Virus record (IMG/VR): IMGVR_UViG_3300017785_001313
Location: 1-31,853 of that record
DNA: 31,853 nt
Reading direction: 5' to 3' (one strand)
Origin: a virus
Taxonomy: Duplodnaviria; Caudoviricetes
Made by a program: the position numbers and the translations under genes. This document shows positions 17,139-25,085 of this stretch, one piece after another; within the stretch, counting starts at the first letter, position 1; every line of letters starts with the position of its first letter. Below the pieces are notes generated by a model that worked only from the letters and a program-made list of their open reading frames with translations, did not search any database and was not told the DNA's origin.

Positions 17139-17157
17139 TAATGACCCTCTTAGAATT

Positions 17158-18486
17158 ATGAGTACAAGACAACTAAATAGACCTAGTCCTTCTGCTAGTG
17201 CTACATCATTTGCTGTAGGTACTAGACTAGTAGGTAATGATGGTAGAATGTGGCAGATAACTGCTAACAGTGCAGGTGTCCAAAGATGGGTACCTGCAGG
17301 TGGTCCACAACAACAACCAAGTATACAACAACCAATAACAACAAAACCCATTAACATGGCAAAGTCAACCAAGACTATTACAAAAAAGACTACTCAAGAA
17401 GTACGTCAAATTGAAACTTCTTTGATCAACAAAGAAGAAGTATTTAAAATGCTAGCATTGGCAGAAGCCACTGGATTACCATTATTACTAGTAGGTGAAC
17501 CAGGTGTAGCAAAGACAAAAACTATTATAGATTACGCAAAAGCATGGTTGAACAAGGATGGTAAGATGACCAGCCAAGATTTTATGAACAAGATTTATGT
17601 ACTAGAGACTGACGAAGGCACTAAAGCTTCAGAGATTAAAGGTATGCCAGATCTTGAGAAGTTGTTTACAGATAATAAATATGAGCTTAACACTCCTATT
17701 GCTGATGCTGACATAGTAATCATCAACGAGGTAGATAAAGCTAGTTCTGCAATTAGAAATGCAATGTTGGGTGTAATGAACGAGAAGTTCTTATTTAACG
17801 GTAAGCACAAGATTCCATGTAAATGGAAATTGTTTGTAGCTACTTGTAATGAAATTCCTAAAGATGAGAAAGACTCTCCATTCTGGGATAGATTTATTCT
17901 TAAGATGGAAGTTGGTCGTGTATCTGCAGGTGAGATGAGTAAGTATTACAGCAAAGGTGCTAGAGACTACCGTGAGAAATTTGCTATTGGTATCCCTAGT
18001 AAAGCAGAGATGTCCACTGTAGAAGTACCAGCTAAGAAATTAGATAAGTATTTAGAAGTGGGCTACACTCAAAGTTCAGATCGTACCTTAACTTTTGTAC
18101 CTAATCTTGCTAAAGCAGTGAGCTATGTATGGGATATTTCTGTAGATAAAGCTCTTGTAAAGACAGCACAAATCATGATTGGTCAAACAGCTGGTTCAGA
18201 ACTTCAGAATAAACTGATGTCTGCAGAAGTTAAGGCTGTCATGAGCAAAGTAGAGATGTTACATTCTCATAGTAGCAATGAACAACTAGAGCTTGCTGTA
18301 GCAGAGATAGAAAGTTTGATTAATGCATACACTACTAGAGGTGTACTTGATGAAGGTCAAGTGGAAGAGATAGAAATGTCTATGCAGTATATCATTCAGA
18401 ACCATCCTGCTCGTAGAGATTACCAAACTTCAGAAGAGTTTGATCAAATGATTGAAGAAGTAGAAAGTAATAACCTCCCTTTCTAG
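17158..18486 (+). CDS. MoxR/RavA-family AAA+ ATPase with N-terminal accessory domain
   Basis: Walker A GEPGVAKT, Walker B-like IIINEVDKA, RNAML.VMNEK, ATCN, FWDRF, SDRT; start uncertain (16987, 17158 or 17356). Confidence 0.85.
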   Translation: MSTRQLNRPSPSASATSFAVGTRLVGNDGRMWQITANSAGVQRWVPAGGPQQQPSIQQPITTKPINMAKSTKTITKKTTQEVRQIETSLINKEEVFKMLALAEATGLPLLLVGEPGVAKTKTIIDYAKAWLNKDGKMTSQDFMNKIYVLETDEGTKASEIKGMPDLEKLFTDNKYELNTPIADADIVIINEVDKASSAIRNAMLGVMNEKFLFNGKHKIPCKWKLFVATCNEIPKDEKDSPFWDRFILKMEVGRVSAGEMSKYYSKGARDYREKFAIGIPSKAEMSTVEVPAKKLDKYLEVGYTQSSDRTLTFVPNLAKAVSYVWDISVDKALVKTAQIMIGQTAGSELQNKLMSAEVKAVMSKVEMLHSHSSNEQLELAVAEIESLINAYTTRGVLDEGQVEEIEMSMQYIIQNHPARRDYQTSEEFDQMIEEVESNNLPF

Positions 18487-18506
18487 GAAAGGATTTTCTT
18501 AAGCCA

Positions 18507-18617
18507 ATGAACCCAGGAAGTGTAGATCCACTTCCTGGTATTTCATTAGAAGATCTTTTTAAAGAGGCTGAAAAATATGCTGATAATATTTTAAATAAAA
18601 ATAAAGATGGCAAGTAA
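18507..18617 (+). CDS. 36 aa ORF, or -1 frameshift extension of the ATPase
   Basis: MNPGSVDPLPGISLEDLFKEAEKYADNILNKNKDGK*; frame open from before the ATPase stop. Confidence 0.4.
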   Translation: MNPGSVDPLPGISLEDLFKEAEKYADNILNKNKDGK

Positions 18618-20130
18618 TAAAAACTACAAGAATGTATATACCATTCTAGAGAAAGTAAAGAAAGGTGAGATTAAGTCTCACTATAATGAACAAGGTGGTG
18701 GTTTATTTGGTAAGATTAACTTCTACAAGAAACCAGACCTTGTAAAACCACACATGCATTATCTAGATGAAAGCAGAATAGATAACATCATGGATAAATA
18801 TATTCATGATTCTAAAGTAATTAAAGATATCTATGAAAGATTTAGTAAGTCTGCAGATTTTAGGGATAAGATTCCCAATGATAAGAAACCAGACTTGCAT
18901 AAGTTCTCTGATAAAGTAAGAGAAAATTACAAGAAGTTTCCTAAGCATATTGTAAAAGATGTCTTTAAGATGTATAACAATAAGATGGAAAGACTGGCAT
19001 TTGAAGAACGTACAGATGCTAATTATTCTAAGTTTAAATTCTTAGAGAGAGCTAATAATCCTGTATCTAAGATTATGTCTGAAGGTTCTAATCTAAAGTC
19101 AGCCATCTTTGCTAGAAACATTGTAGGTCACTATATCACCAGGCTTGCTATAATGGATTATATAGATGTAGATGCATCTGATAAGATTAAACAAAGTATG
19201 CAAGGTAGTGGTTCTGACTTTGATGATACTGATGCTGTAGATGATGCAATGAATAAAATGTTAGATAGCACACAGGGTAAGAATGGTTTAGAGAAAGCTA
19301 TGAAAGATGCTACAGATTTATGTAAGCAAATGGATGATGCTATAGATGGAGATATTCAAGAGAAAATGTTTGATAATGCTACAGAACCTGGAGCAGATAA
19401 CACTGCTGGTCAGTTAAGTCCTGATTACATCAGACAAGTGGCACAAAAACTTTCTAGGATTACACTTTCTATGGGTTCTCTTAAAGAGAAGATTAAAAAA
19501 CTTCTAGATAAATCTGTTAGTTATTTTAGTGCTAGACAAGAAGTCGAGTTTGAAGACTTGTTTAATTCAGACAACATAGCTGGCCTGGAAGACTATGAGC
19601 TTCTACATCCTAAACTTAGAAAACTTTTTGCAGAAGATATCTATGTAAAAAATACTAAGAGCGTAGGTAAGATAGATCTTTATGTAGATATATCAGGATC
19701 TATGTCTTCTGGTTGTGGGGTAAATGATGTTAGTGGAAATTATGTTAGCAGAATAGATTTCTGTAAAGCGTTTGCAGCTAAGCTTGTGGAACTAAATATG
19801 CTTAATAACATCTATCTATTTGATAATAAGGTTAAGAAGTATAAGACAGACTTGATTAGTATTTCTATGATGGACTGTGGAGGTGGTACAACTATCAATG
19901 CTGCTGTAAAAAGCATAGAACAAAACGGAGTGAATGCTTTGGTTCTTACAGATGCAGAAGATGGATGTAACATCTATTCAGAAAAAGCATTCTTTATTGG
20001 TCTAAAAGGAGCTAACTTTTCTCATTTTAATGATGAAACTATAGCTCAGTATTCTAATAAAGATCAAGTGGTTATTTTTGATGGTAGCTCTATCAAAAAA
20101 GTAAATAATGAAGGGTATGTGGTTAAATAA
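18607..20130 (+). CDS. von Willebrand factor A (ViaA-like) domain protein
   Basis: MIDAS YVDISGSMS, GGGT, VLTD; adjacent to the MoxR-type ATPase. Confidence 0.85.
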   Translation: MASNKNYKNVYTILEKVKKGEIKSHYNEQGGGLFGKINFYKKPDLVKPHMHYLDESRIDNIMDKYIHDSKVIKDIYERFSKSADFRDKIPNDKKPDLHKFSDKVRENYKKFPKHIVKDVFKMYNNKMERLAFEERTDANYSKFKFLERANNPVSKIMSEGSNLKSAIFARNIVGHYITRLAIMDYIDVDASDKIKQSMQGSGSDFDDTDAVDDAMNKMLDSTQGKNGLEKAMKDATDLCKQMDDAIDGDIQEKMFDNATEPGADNTAGQLSPDYIRQVAQKLSRITLSMGSLKEKIKKLLDKSVSYFSARQEVEFEDLFNSDNIAGLEDYELLHPKLRKLFAEDIYVKNTKSVGKIDLYVDISGSMSSGCGVNDVSGNYVSRIDFCKAFAAKLVELNMLNNIYLFDNKVKKYKTDLISISMMDCGGGTTINAAVKSIEQNGVNALVLTDAEDGCNIYSEKAFFIGLKGANFSHFNDETIAQYSNKDQVVIFDGSSIKKVNNEGYVVK

Positions 20131-20168
20131 AAGAAAGCCCCTGTAGAAATACAGGGGCATTATCTTTC
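20131..20168. terminator. terminator between convergent modules (probably bidirectional)
   Basis: GCCCCTGTA-GAAA-TACAGGGGC (20137-20158); strong U-tract on the - strand. Confidence 0.8.
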
Positions 20169-20219
20169 TAGTTAGATGTGTAGGGGCACACCAAGAAACT
20201 AGAGTTGTATATAGAGGGA

Positions 20220-20342
20220 TTAGCGTCCTTGTCCTACGTACTTCTTAGGTCTAGGTGTATGTTTATTAAAGCTTTTCTTAGCAGATCCTGATTTACGTCT
20301 ACCAAATGTCACTTTTCTAATTTCTCCTGATGATTTTGCCAT
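20220..20342 (-). CDS. 40 aa highly basic peptide
   Basis: MAKSSGEIRKVTFGRRKSGSAKKSFNKHTPRPKKYVGQGR*; KKYxGQG ending seen in small phage basic proteins. Confidence 0.7.
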   Translation of the reverse strand: MAKSSGEIRKVTFGRRKSGSAKKSFNKHTPRPKKYVGQGR

Positions 20343-20347
20343 TATGT

Positions 20348-21331
20348 TTATAAAATACTTTGAAACTGTACTGTTAAGTCTGTCCACACTGGACTATCTG
20401 TAGAGTTATATTTCTTAAAAGAATTAACATCTACATATGCATTATATCCATCATCTGCATTGATAAATGTACCACTGCAATAGAATACATCTACATTAGC
20501 TCCTACGTTAGCTGCTATTATACCTGATGCTCCTGTTAAGAATGTATCACCTGCTATTCTAATTTGTTCTGTACAATATTTCATAGAAGCTCCATATAAA
20601 GAAGGGGTTGCTACAAAATTATAAGATGCTAGAATAGTAGCTCTATTAGCAAATAATATAGAAGAAAGTTTAAAGTGCTGATCATTATTAGCAAACACTC
20701 CTGTATTATAAACCGGAGCAACTGCACTACCTATAACCCATGTAGCAGCTGTTGCTACAGCACCACATGTATTATCTGTTAAAGATTCAGCTTGAGTTTT
20801 ACCTTTTCTCCACATACGTCCTACATTACCAGCTTGTGATATACCTATATGAGGTGTGTTAATTAAAAACAAAGCTCCATTAGCTGTAATGTGAGAAGCC
20901 CAAGCTTGTAATCCTAATACACCTGTATGAGGATAACCAGCTAATCCTGCACCAAAGAATGGTCCAAGAAAACCTGACTGTTGTGCTGAAGTTTGTCCAA
21001 GATTACCAACACTTTCAACAGCATTGACATCATCCGAACATACATCTGTACTAAGAAGTACATCTTTATAATTATATCCTTGAGTTTTAATAAACTCTTT
21101 AGCAGCTTCAGCAAATCTTAAAGCTGATACAGCACCTTCATACTGATCTCTAACAGTAGCTGTATATGATCCTGGATTGGGTGGATAGATAGAAGTTGTG
21201 CAACATAAGTCTGCTGGAACTTCATTCCATGTAGATGGTCCTTGAGGAAAGCTTCCTGCTGTTAGGATTAAACTACCAGGTACAATTTTTCCTTGTTTGC
21301 TGTACCTTACAAATGCTCTTTTCTTTGGCAT
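20348..21331 (-). CDS. LCIB/LCIC-family (theta-type) carbonic anhydrase domain fused to a short N-terminal phage module
   Basis: DVCSDD, F..AGLAGYPHTG..GL.A..SH, PHIGIS..G.VG...RKG and TCGA match the LCIB pattern, with Cys-His-Cys Zn ligands present. Confidence 0.8.
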   Translation of the reverse strand: MPKKRAFVRYSKQGKIVPGSLILTAGSFPQGPSTWNEVPADLCCTTSIYPPNPGSYTATVRDQYEGAVSALRFAEAAKEFIKTQGYNYKDVLLSTDVCSDDVNAVESVGNLGQTSAQQSGFLGPFFGAGLAGYPHTGVLGLQAWASHITANGALFLINTPHIGISQAGNVGRMWRKGKTQAESLTDNTCGAVATAATWVIGSAVAPVYNTGVFANNDQHFKLSSILFANRATILASYNFVATPSLYGASMKYCTEQIRIAGDTFLTGASGIIAANVGANVDVFYCSGTFINADDGYNAYVDVNSFKKYNSTDSPVWTDLTVQFQSIL

Positions 21332-21337
21332 GTTATT

Positions 21338-21409
21338 TTATTTTTTGGGTTTAGAAATAGGCTTTGGTTTACCACAACCACAGCCGTAGTTATAAATATT
21401 TTTTATCAT
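21338..21409 (-). CDS. 23 aa micropeptide with GCGCGK motif
   Basis: MIKNIYNYGCGCGKPKPISKPKK*; fills the gap between endolysin and carbonic anhydrase. Confidence 0.55.
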   Translation of the reverse strand: MIKNIYNYGCGCGKPKPISKPKK

Positions 21410-21411
21410 TA

Positions 21412-21831
21412 TTATATAGTTTTAAGTTGAAAGTGCATACCATCTGGCTTTCTCCATGTACCACCCCAATCAAATCCATTGTCTGTAAAACATTTTACAA
21501 ACCCTGGAGAAAGTTTAGGAATACATCCAAAGCAATTAGCATAAGCATTAAGATCCACTGCTACACCCCATGAGTGTAAAGACATTGTAGAACCACCACG
21601 TTTCTTTCTAATATTAAAACAACCATCCCAAGTTTTAAGTTCTTTTACATGACCTGTTCTTATTAGTTCTTGGAAAGCTTTAGACAAAGGCTGTACTAAA
21701 TCTCTATTACAATATATTCTTTTAGGTATCATACCTATCTCTAAGAAACCGGGTACATCCCATATAATCATATGAGGATTGCTGTCACTAGGTGATCCGT
21801 ATTTTCTAAGACATTGTTGACTTGTAAGCAT
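21412..21831 (-). CDS. endolysin, peptidase M15 family
   Basis: FNIRKKRG..SLHSWGVAVDLN...WGG.W..PDGMHFQ Zn-peptidase motifs. Confidence 0.88.
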   Translation of the reverse strand: MLTSQQCLRKYGSPSDSNPHMIIWDVPGFLEIGMIPKRIYCNRDLVQPLSKAFQELIRTGHVKELKTWDGCFNIRKKRGGSTMSLHSWGVAVDLNAYANCFGCIPKLSPGFVKCFTDNGFDWGGTWRKPDGMHFQLKTI

Positions 21832-22280
21832 TAGTTTTTAACTTTTAAATAGATTAGTGTACCTGTTAATACAGATGTAGCTCCTATAAAAAGTATATCT
21901 GTAAATGATTTCTTTATCTTATAACGTTTAAATGTTTTCTCTAAAGCACTATAGTTCTTCTCACTGGTTTGATATAACGAAACATAATATTCTTTCTGGA
22001 ATTTTTCATTTCTCACTTGCTCTAAAAGATTAATCTCTTTCATCCTTCCATTAAGAATCAAACTGTCTTTATAAGATAGCTTTTGTTTTGTAAGGTCAAG
22101 CTCAAATTCTGTAAGAGATAACATGGCTTTAGCTGAATCACCTATAACTAGGTCAGCTGCCACTTGTCTTGCAACTTCTACAGGCATACACACTGAGTTA
22201 GTATCCACTGCCACTTTAGAGGATTGAGCATAAGACATCATAGACAAAAACAAACCGATGATTAGAATTAAATATTTCAT
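21831..22280 (-). CDS. spanin-like protein (signal peptide, coiled coil, C-terminal TM)
   Basis: Topology and position next to the endolysin. Confidence 0.55.
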   Translation of the reverse strand: MKYLILIIGLFLSMMSYAQSSKVAVDTNSVCMPVEVARQVAADLVIGDSAKAMLSLTEFELDLTKQKLSYKDSLILNGRMKEINLLEQVRNEKFQKEYYVSLYQTSEKNYSALEKTFKRYKIKKSFTDILFIGATSVLTGTLIYLKVKN

Positions 22281-22281
22281 A

Positions 22282-22686
22282 TTAATAATTATAACGTTTT
22301 TTAAAAAAGCTATCCACTTGTTTAGGACTGTAGTTAGCTGGTTCCTTCACTCTATCATGGTAGTATTCTTTAATAATAGTTTTGTCACGTCCTACATTCT
22401 GAACCTTCCAGTCAAGATCTAATATAGCATCTTCATAAGTTTTAGATGCACTATCTAAAGCTTGATGTTTAGCTTGTAGTTCAACATTAGCCTTAGCTAA
22501 ACTATCTACCTGCTTTTTTATAAAGTCAGTAGGTTCTTCTTTCTTAGCTGGTACCTTTATAAACATAATTACAAATAGTATGATAGCAATTACCACTCCT
22601 AAGATTATAAGAAGTGTTTTATTATCTAATCCCTTTTTAAATTTTGGGTAATAAATATCTGGTATTGGTTCTTTATTTTCTTCCAT
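22282..22686 (-). CDS. i-spanin-like protein
   Basis: One N-terminal TM followed by a coiled coil, in the lysis cluster. Confidence 0.55.
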   Translation of the reverse strand: MEENKEPIPDIYYPKFKKGLDNKTLLIILGVVIAIILFVIMFIKVPAKKEEPTDFIKKQVDSLAKANVELQAKHQALDSASKTYEDAILDLDWKVQNVGRDKTIIKEYYHDRVKEPANYSPKQVDSFFKKRYNY

Positions 22687-22687
22687 A

Positions 22688-22963
22688 TTAATCAGATTGT
22701 GTTTCTCCTTCTTGAATATATACTGGTTCTTCAGTAAAGAAATTACTTAACACCTTACCTACGACACCTATGATAAGAGATGTAATAGCCAAAGTTTTGT
22801 TATCCATTATCATACTAGACATAGATGTAATAGAAAATATCCCAAGCAAACTATCTCCAATCTTTCTCATCTTATTAGGCGTAGGTGCCCAATAAGACTT
22901 CATACTAAATGTAGTCTTACGTTTAACAGGTTGTTTTCTTTTATATTTCCTTTTAGCTACCAT
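22688..22963 (-). CDS. holin-like membrane protein
   Basis: Basic N-terminus, YWAPTP.KMRKIGD, two TM segments. Confidence 0.55.
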   Translation of the reverse strand: MVAKRKYKRKQPVKRKTTFSMKSYWAPTPNKMRKIGDSLLGIFSITSMSSMIMDNKTLAITSLIIGVVGKVLSNFFTEEPVYIQEGETQSD

Positions 22964-22965
22964 AA

Positions 22966-23628
22966 TTATACTACTATAAGTGTTACAGTGTTATTTGTTT
23001 GTAAGTCAATTATATTTGGATCTGTAACTAAAGCAGCTGGTAATGTTACTGTAATAGTTAAACCACTTATACCTTGAAATACATTAACTGCAACACTCAT
23101 TGTATTACATTTATTAATGTTAAGAGTCTCTAAAGAAGTGCATCCATTGAAACATTCAGTTTCTATATCTGTTACACTTGGTAGATTTGCATATCTTAAA
23201 GCAGCACAAAATCTAAAGTTTTTAGTACCAAGTAATTGAGATTTTGGTAGATTTATATACTGTAAACTTGTACATATACCAAAATTTACACCTGTTTGTG
23301 TAACTATTCCACCAATATCATTTATACTTAGTATATCAGTATAATCTACATTAATATTATTACCAAGTGTTAATATAAAATTAGAACCACCATAGAATCT
23401 TTGTGTGTTTCCAAGAGTGATCATTGATGTAAAGCTTGAACTCATGTCAGTATTTGCATCAGAAATTGTAGGCCAAGCAGAAGCAATGTTAGCCCATACC
23501 ACTTCAAAGTATGGTGGATTGTTTATAGCTTCTTGAGCAATAGCTTGTGTATTTTTATCTACAGCACAACAAAGTCTTTTCACTCTTGTAGTAAGCCAGT
23601 TTATCTGATCCCATAATCCGTATGCCAT
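22966..23628 (-). CDS. BspA/LRR_5-type leucine-rich repeat protein
   Basis: Repeats CTSLQYINLP, F.FCAALRYANLPSVTDI and CFNGCTSLETLNI. Confidence 0.7.
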   Translation of the reverse strand: MAYGLWDQINWLTTRVKRLCCAVDKNTQAIAQEAINNPPYFEVVWANIASAWPTISDANTDMSSSFTSMITLGNTQRFYGGSNFILTLGNNINVDYTDILSINDIGGIVTQTGVNFGICTSLQYINLPKSQLLGTKNFRFCAALRYANLPSVTDIETECFNGCTSLETLNINKCNTMSVAVNVFQGISGLTITVTLPAALVTDPNIIDLQTNNTVTLIVV

Positions 23629-23629
23629 A

Positions 23630-23968
23630 TTATTTAGTTTTATTAGGTAATTGTTTTCTTACATAGAAGTATTCATCTTTATTCAGAACAGCATATGAAT
23701 GAAACATATTTGAATTATTATCATCAGTAGGTTCTGGGTTATTACCAGCTGTCTTAGGCATTTTAAATACAGCTTGGTTAAGGAGCTGCACTTGCTTTTC
23801 AAGGATTTCTACCTTGGCTTTGTTAGAGTTAGACTCAGCCAAAAGCTGTTTAACGTCAGACCTTAGTTCATTTACATCACGCCAAATCATCATGGCTAAA
23901 ATTGTTACAATAGAAGGAAATAAAAAATTCTTCACCTTGTTAATAACAGAATCTTGTTTTTGTACCAT
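23630..23968 (-). CDS. membrane-anchored coiled-coil protein
   Basis: Single TM (FLFPSIVTILAMMIW) then a coiled coil; first gene of the - strand module. Confidence 0.65.
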   Translation of the reverse strand: MVQKQDSVINKVKNFLFPSIVTILAMMIWRDVNELRSDVKQLLAESNSNKAKVEILEKQVQLLNQAVFKMPKTAGNNPEPTDDNNSNMFHSYAVLNKDEYFYVRKQLPNKTK

Positions 23969-24003
23969 TTTATCAAGATTTAATACTTTGATTTACAATT
24001 AGT

Positions 24004-24079
24004 TATATTTGTTGGTTTGGAATATCATTCAATCTACAATATAATATACTGATTTTTTCCCAAAACTTATTTATATTTA
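24004..24079. promoter_or_regulatory. divergent promoter region
   Basis: + strand TATATTTG (24004-24011) and TATATTTA (24072-24079); - strand TATATTATATTGTAG (24034-24048) upstream of the lysis module. Confidence 0.5.
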
Positions 24080-24097
24080 TGGCCTAAATTAAATTAC

Positions 24098-24598
24098 ATG
24101 CAATCAGAAAAAGTAAAAATGATTCAGGAATTTCAAGAAAAGTTCAATCAAAAGTTTGGTTACTTCCCAATAGTAATTGCTACTAAAAAGAAGGAGTCTG
24201 CTCACATCATGAGCCTAGAAGAACTAGAAACTTATTTTGAACCTTTTCTTCCTAAGAGATTTAACAAAACCCTATCTATAAAAGATAGAGGAAGATATAG
24301 AGAGCTGGTAGATTTAAGATTTATATTTGGATACTTAGCTCGTGCTATGGGTTACCCACTTGTGACAATAGGAGAATACACTGAAAAGCATCATAGTAGT
24401 ATCATTCATCATATAGAAGCTTTTAAAAATATGATGGAGACATCAGACTCTTTCAGATATTTATATATAAAAGTATTCAATCACATTAAAGAAAAATATA
24501 TCCCTTATGACGAGTTATCAGCTATGGCATACTTTAATAAAGTATGGAATGAGTCCCAACCAAGCGTACTACCTAGATTGTTTAATGAACAAAATTAA
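24098..24598 (+). CDS. DnaA domain IV-like (Bac_DnaA_C) HTH protein
   Basis: RYRELVDLRFIFGYLAR.MGYPL..IG....KHHSSIIH matches the DnaA C-terminal R..V..R....YL......L..IG....DHTTV.H. Confidence 0.7.
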   Translation: MQSEKVKMIQEFQEKFNQKFGYFPIVIATKKKESAHIMSLEELETYFEPFLPKRFNKTLSIKDRGRYRELVDLRFIFGYLARAMGYPLVTIGEYTEKHHSSIIHHIEAFKNMMETSDSFRYLYIKVFNHIKEKYIPYDELSAMAYFNKVWNESQPSVLPRLFNEQN

Positions 24599-25085
24599 AC
24601 CTAGTAGTAATATAGACGCAGACTTTGAAGAGAAAGTTGCACAAAAGAATAATTATGTAGATGACAATGGACACATTACAGAAAGGTCTATTAGAATTTT
24701 AGAAGAGTTTCACACTTTCACAGTTAAGAAAAAGAAAGAAGTGGTTAAAGAAGTTCTTGGAGAAGACTTCTTAAACAATGTAAACAAGTATAGAGAACAG
24801 TTTCCTGCTAAAAGACTACCTACTAAAGAGTATGGTAGACAATCAGTAGAAGAGTTGAAAGACAAGTTTGTCTGGTTCTTTAAGACATACCCTCAGTATA
24901 CATGGGAACTTGTTATAGATGCTGCAAACTATTATGTTTATCTTAAATCTCAGCAGGGAGTTCCCTATGAGTATATGATGAACAGTAGTTATTTTATAAA
25001 GAAAACAAACACTGTAACCAAAGAAGTGAGATCAGCATTAGCAGATGCTTGTCAAGAACTTCTAGATAATCCACAGCTATTATGA
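24507..25085 (+). CDS. phage replication-associated hypothetical protein
   Basis: 192 aa directly upstream of DnaB; YREQFP..LP, F.WFF..YP.Y.W and YM..S.YFI.K motifs. Confidence 0.7.
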   Translation: MTSYQLWHTLIKYGMSPNQAYYLDCLMNKIKPSSNIDADFEEKVAQKNNYVDDNGHITERSIRILEEFHTFTVKKKKEVVKEVLGEDFLNNVNKYREQFPAKRLPTKEYGRQSVEELKDKFVWFFKTYPQYTWELVIDAANYYVYLKSQQGVPYEYMMNSSYFIKKTNTVTKEVRSALADACQELLDNPQLL

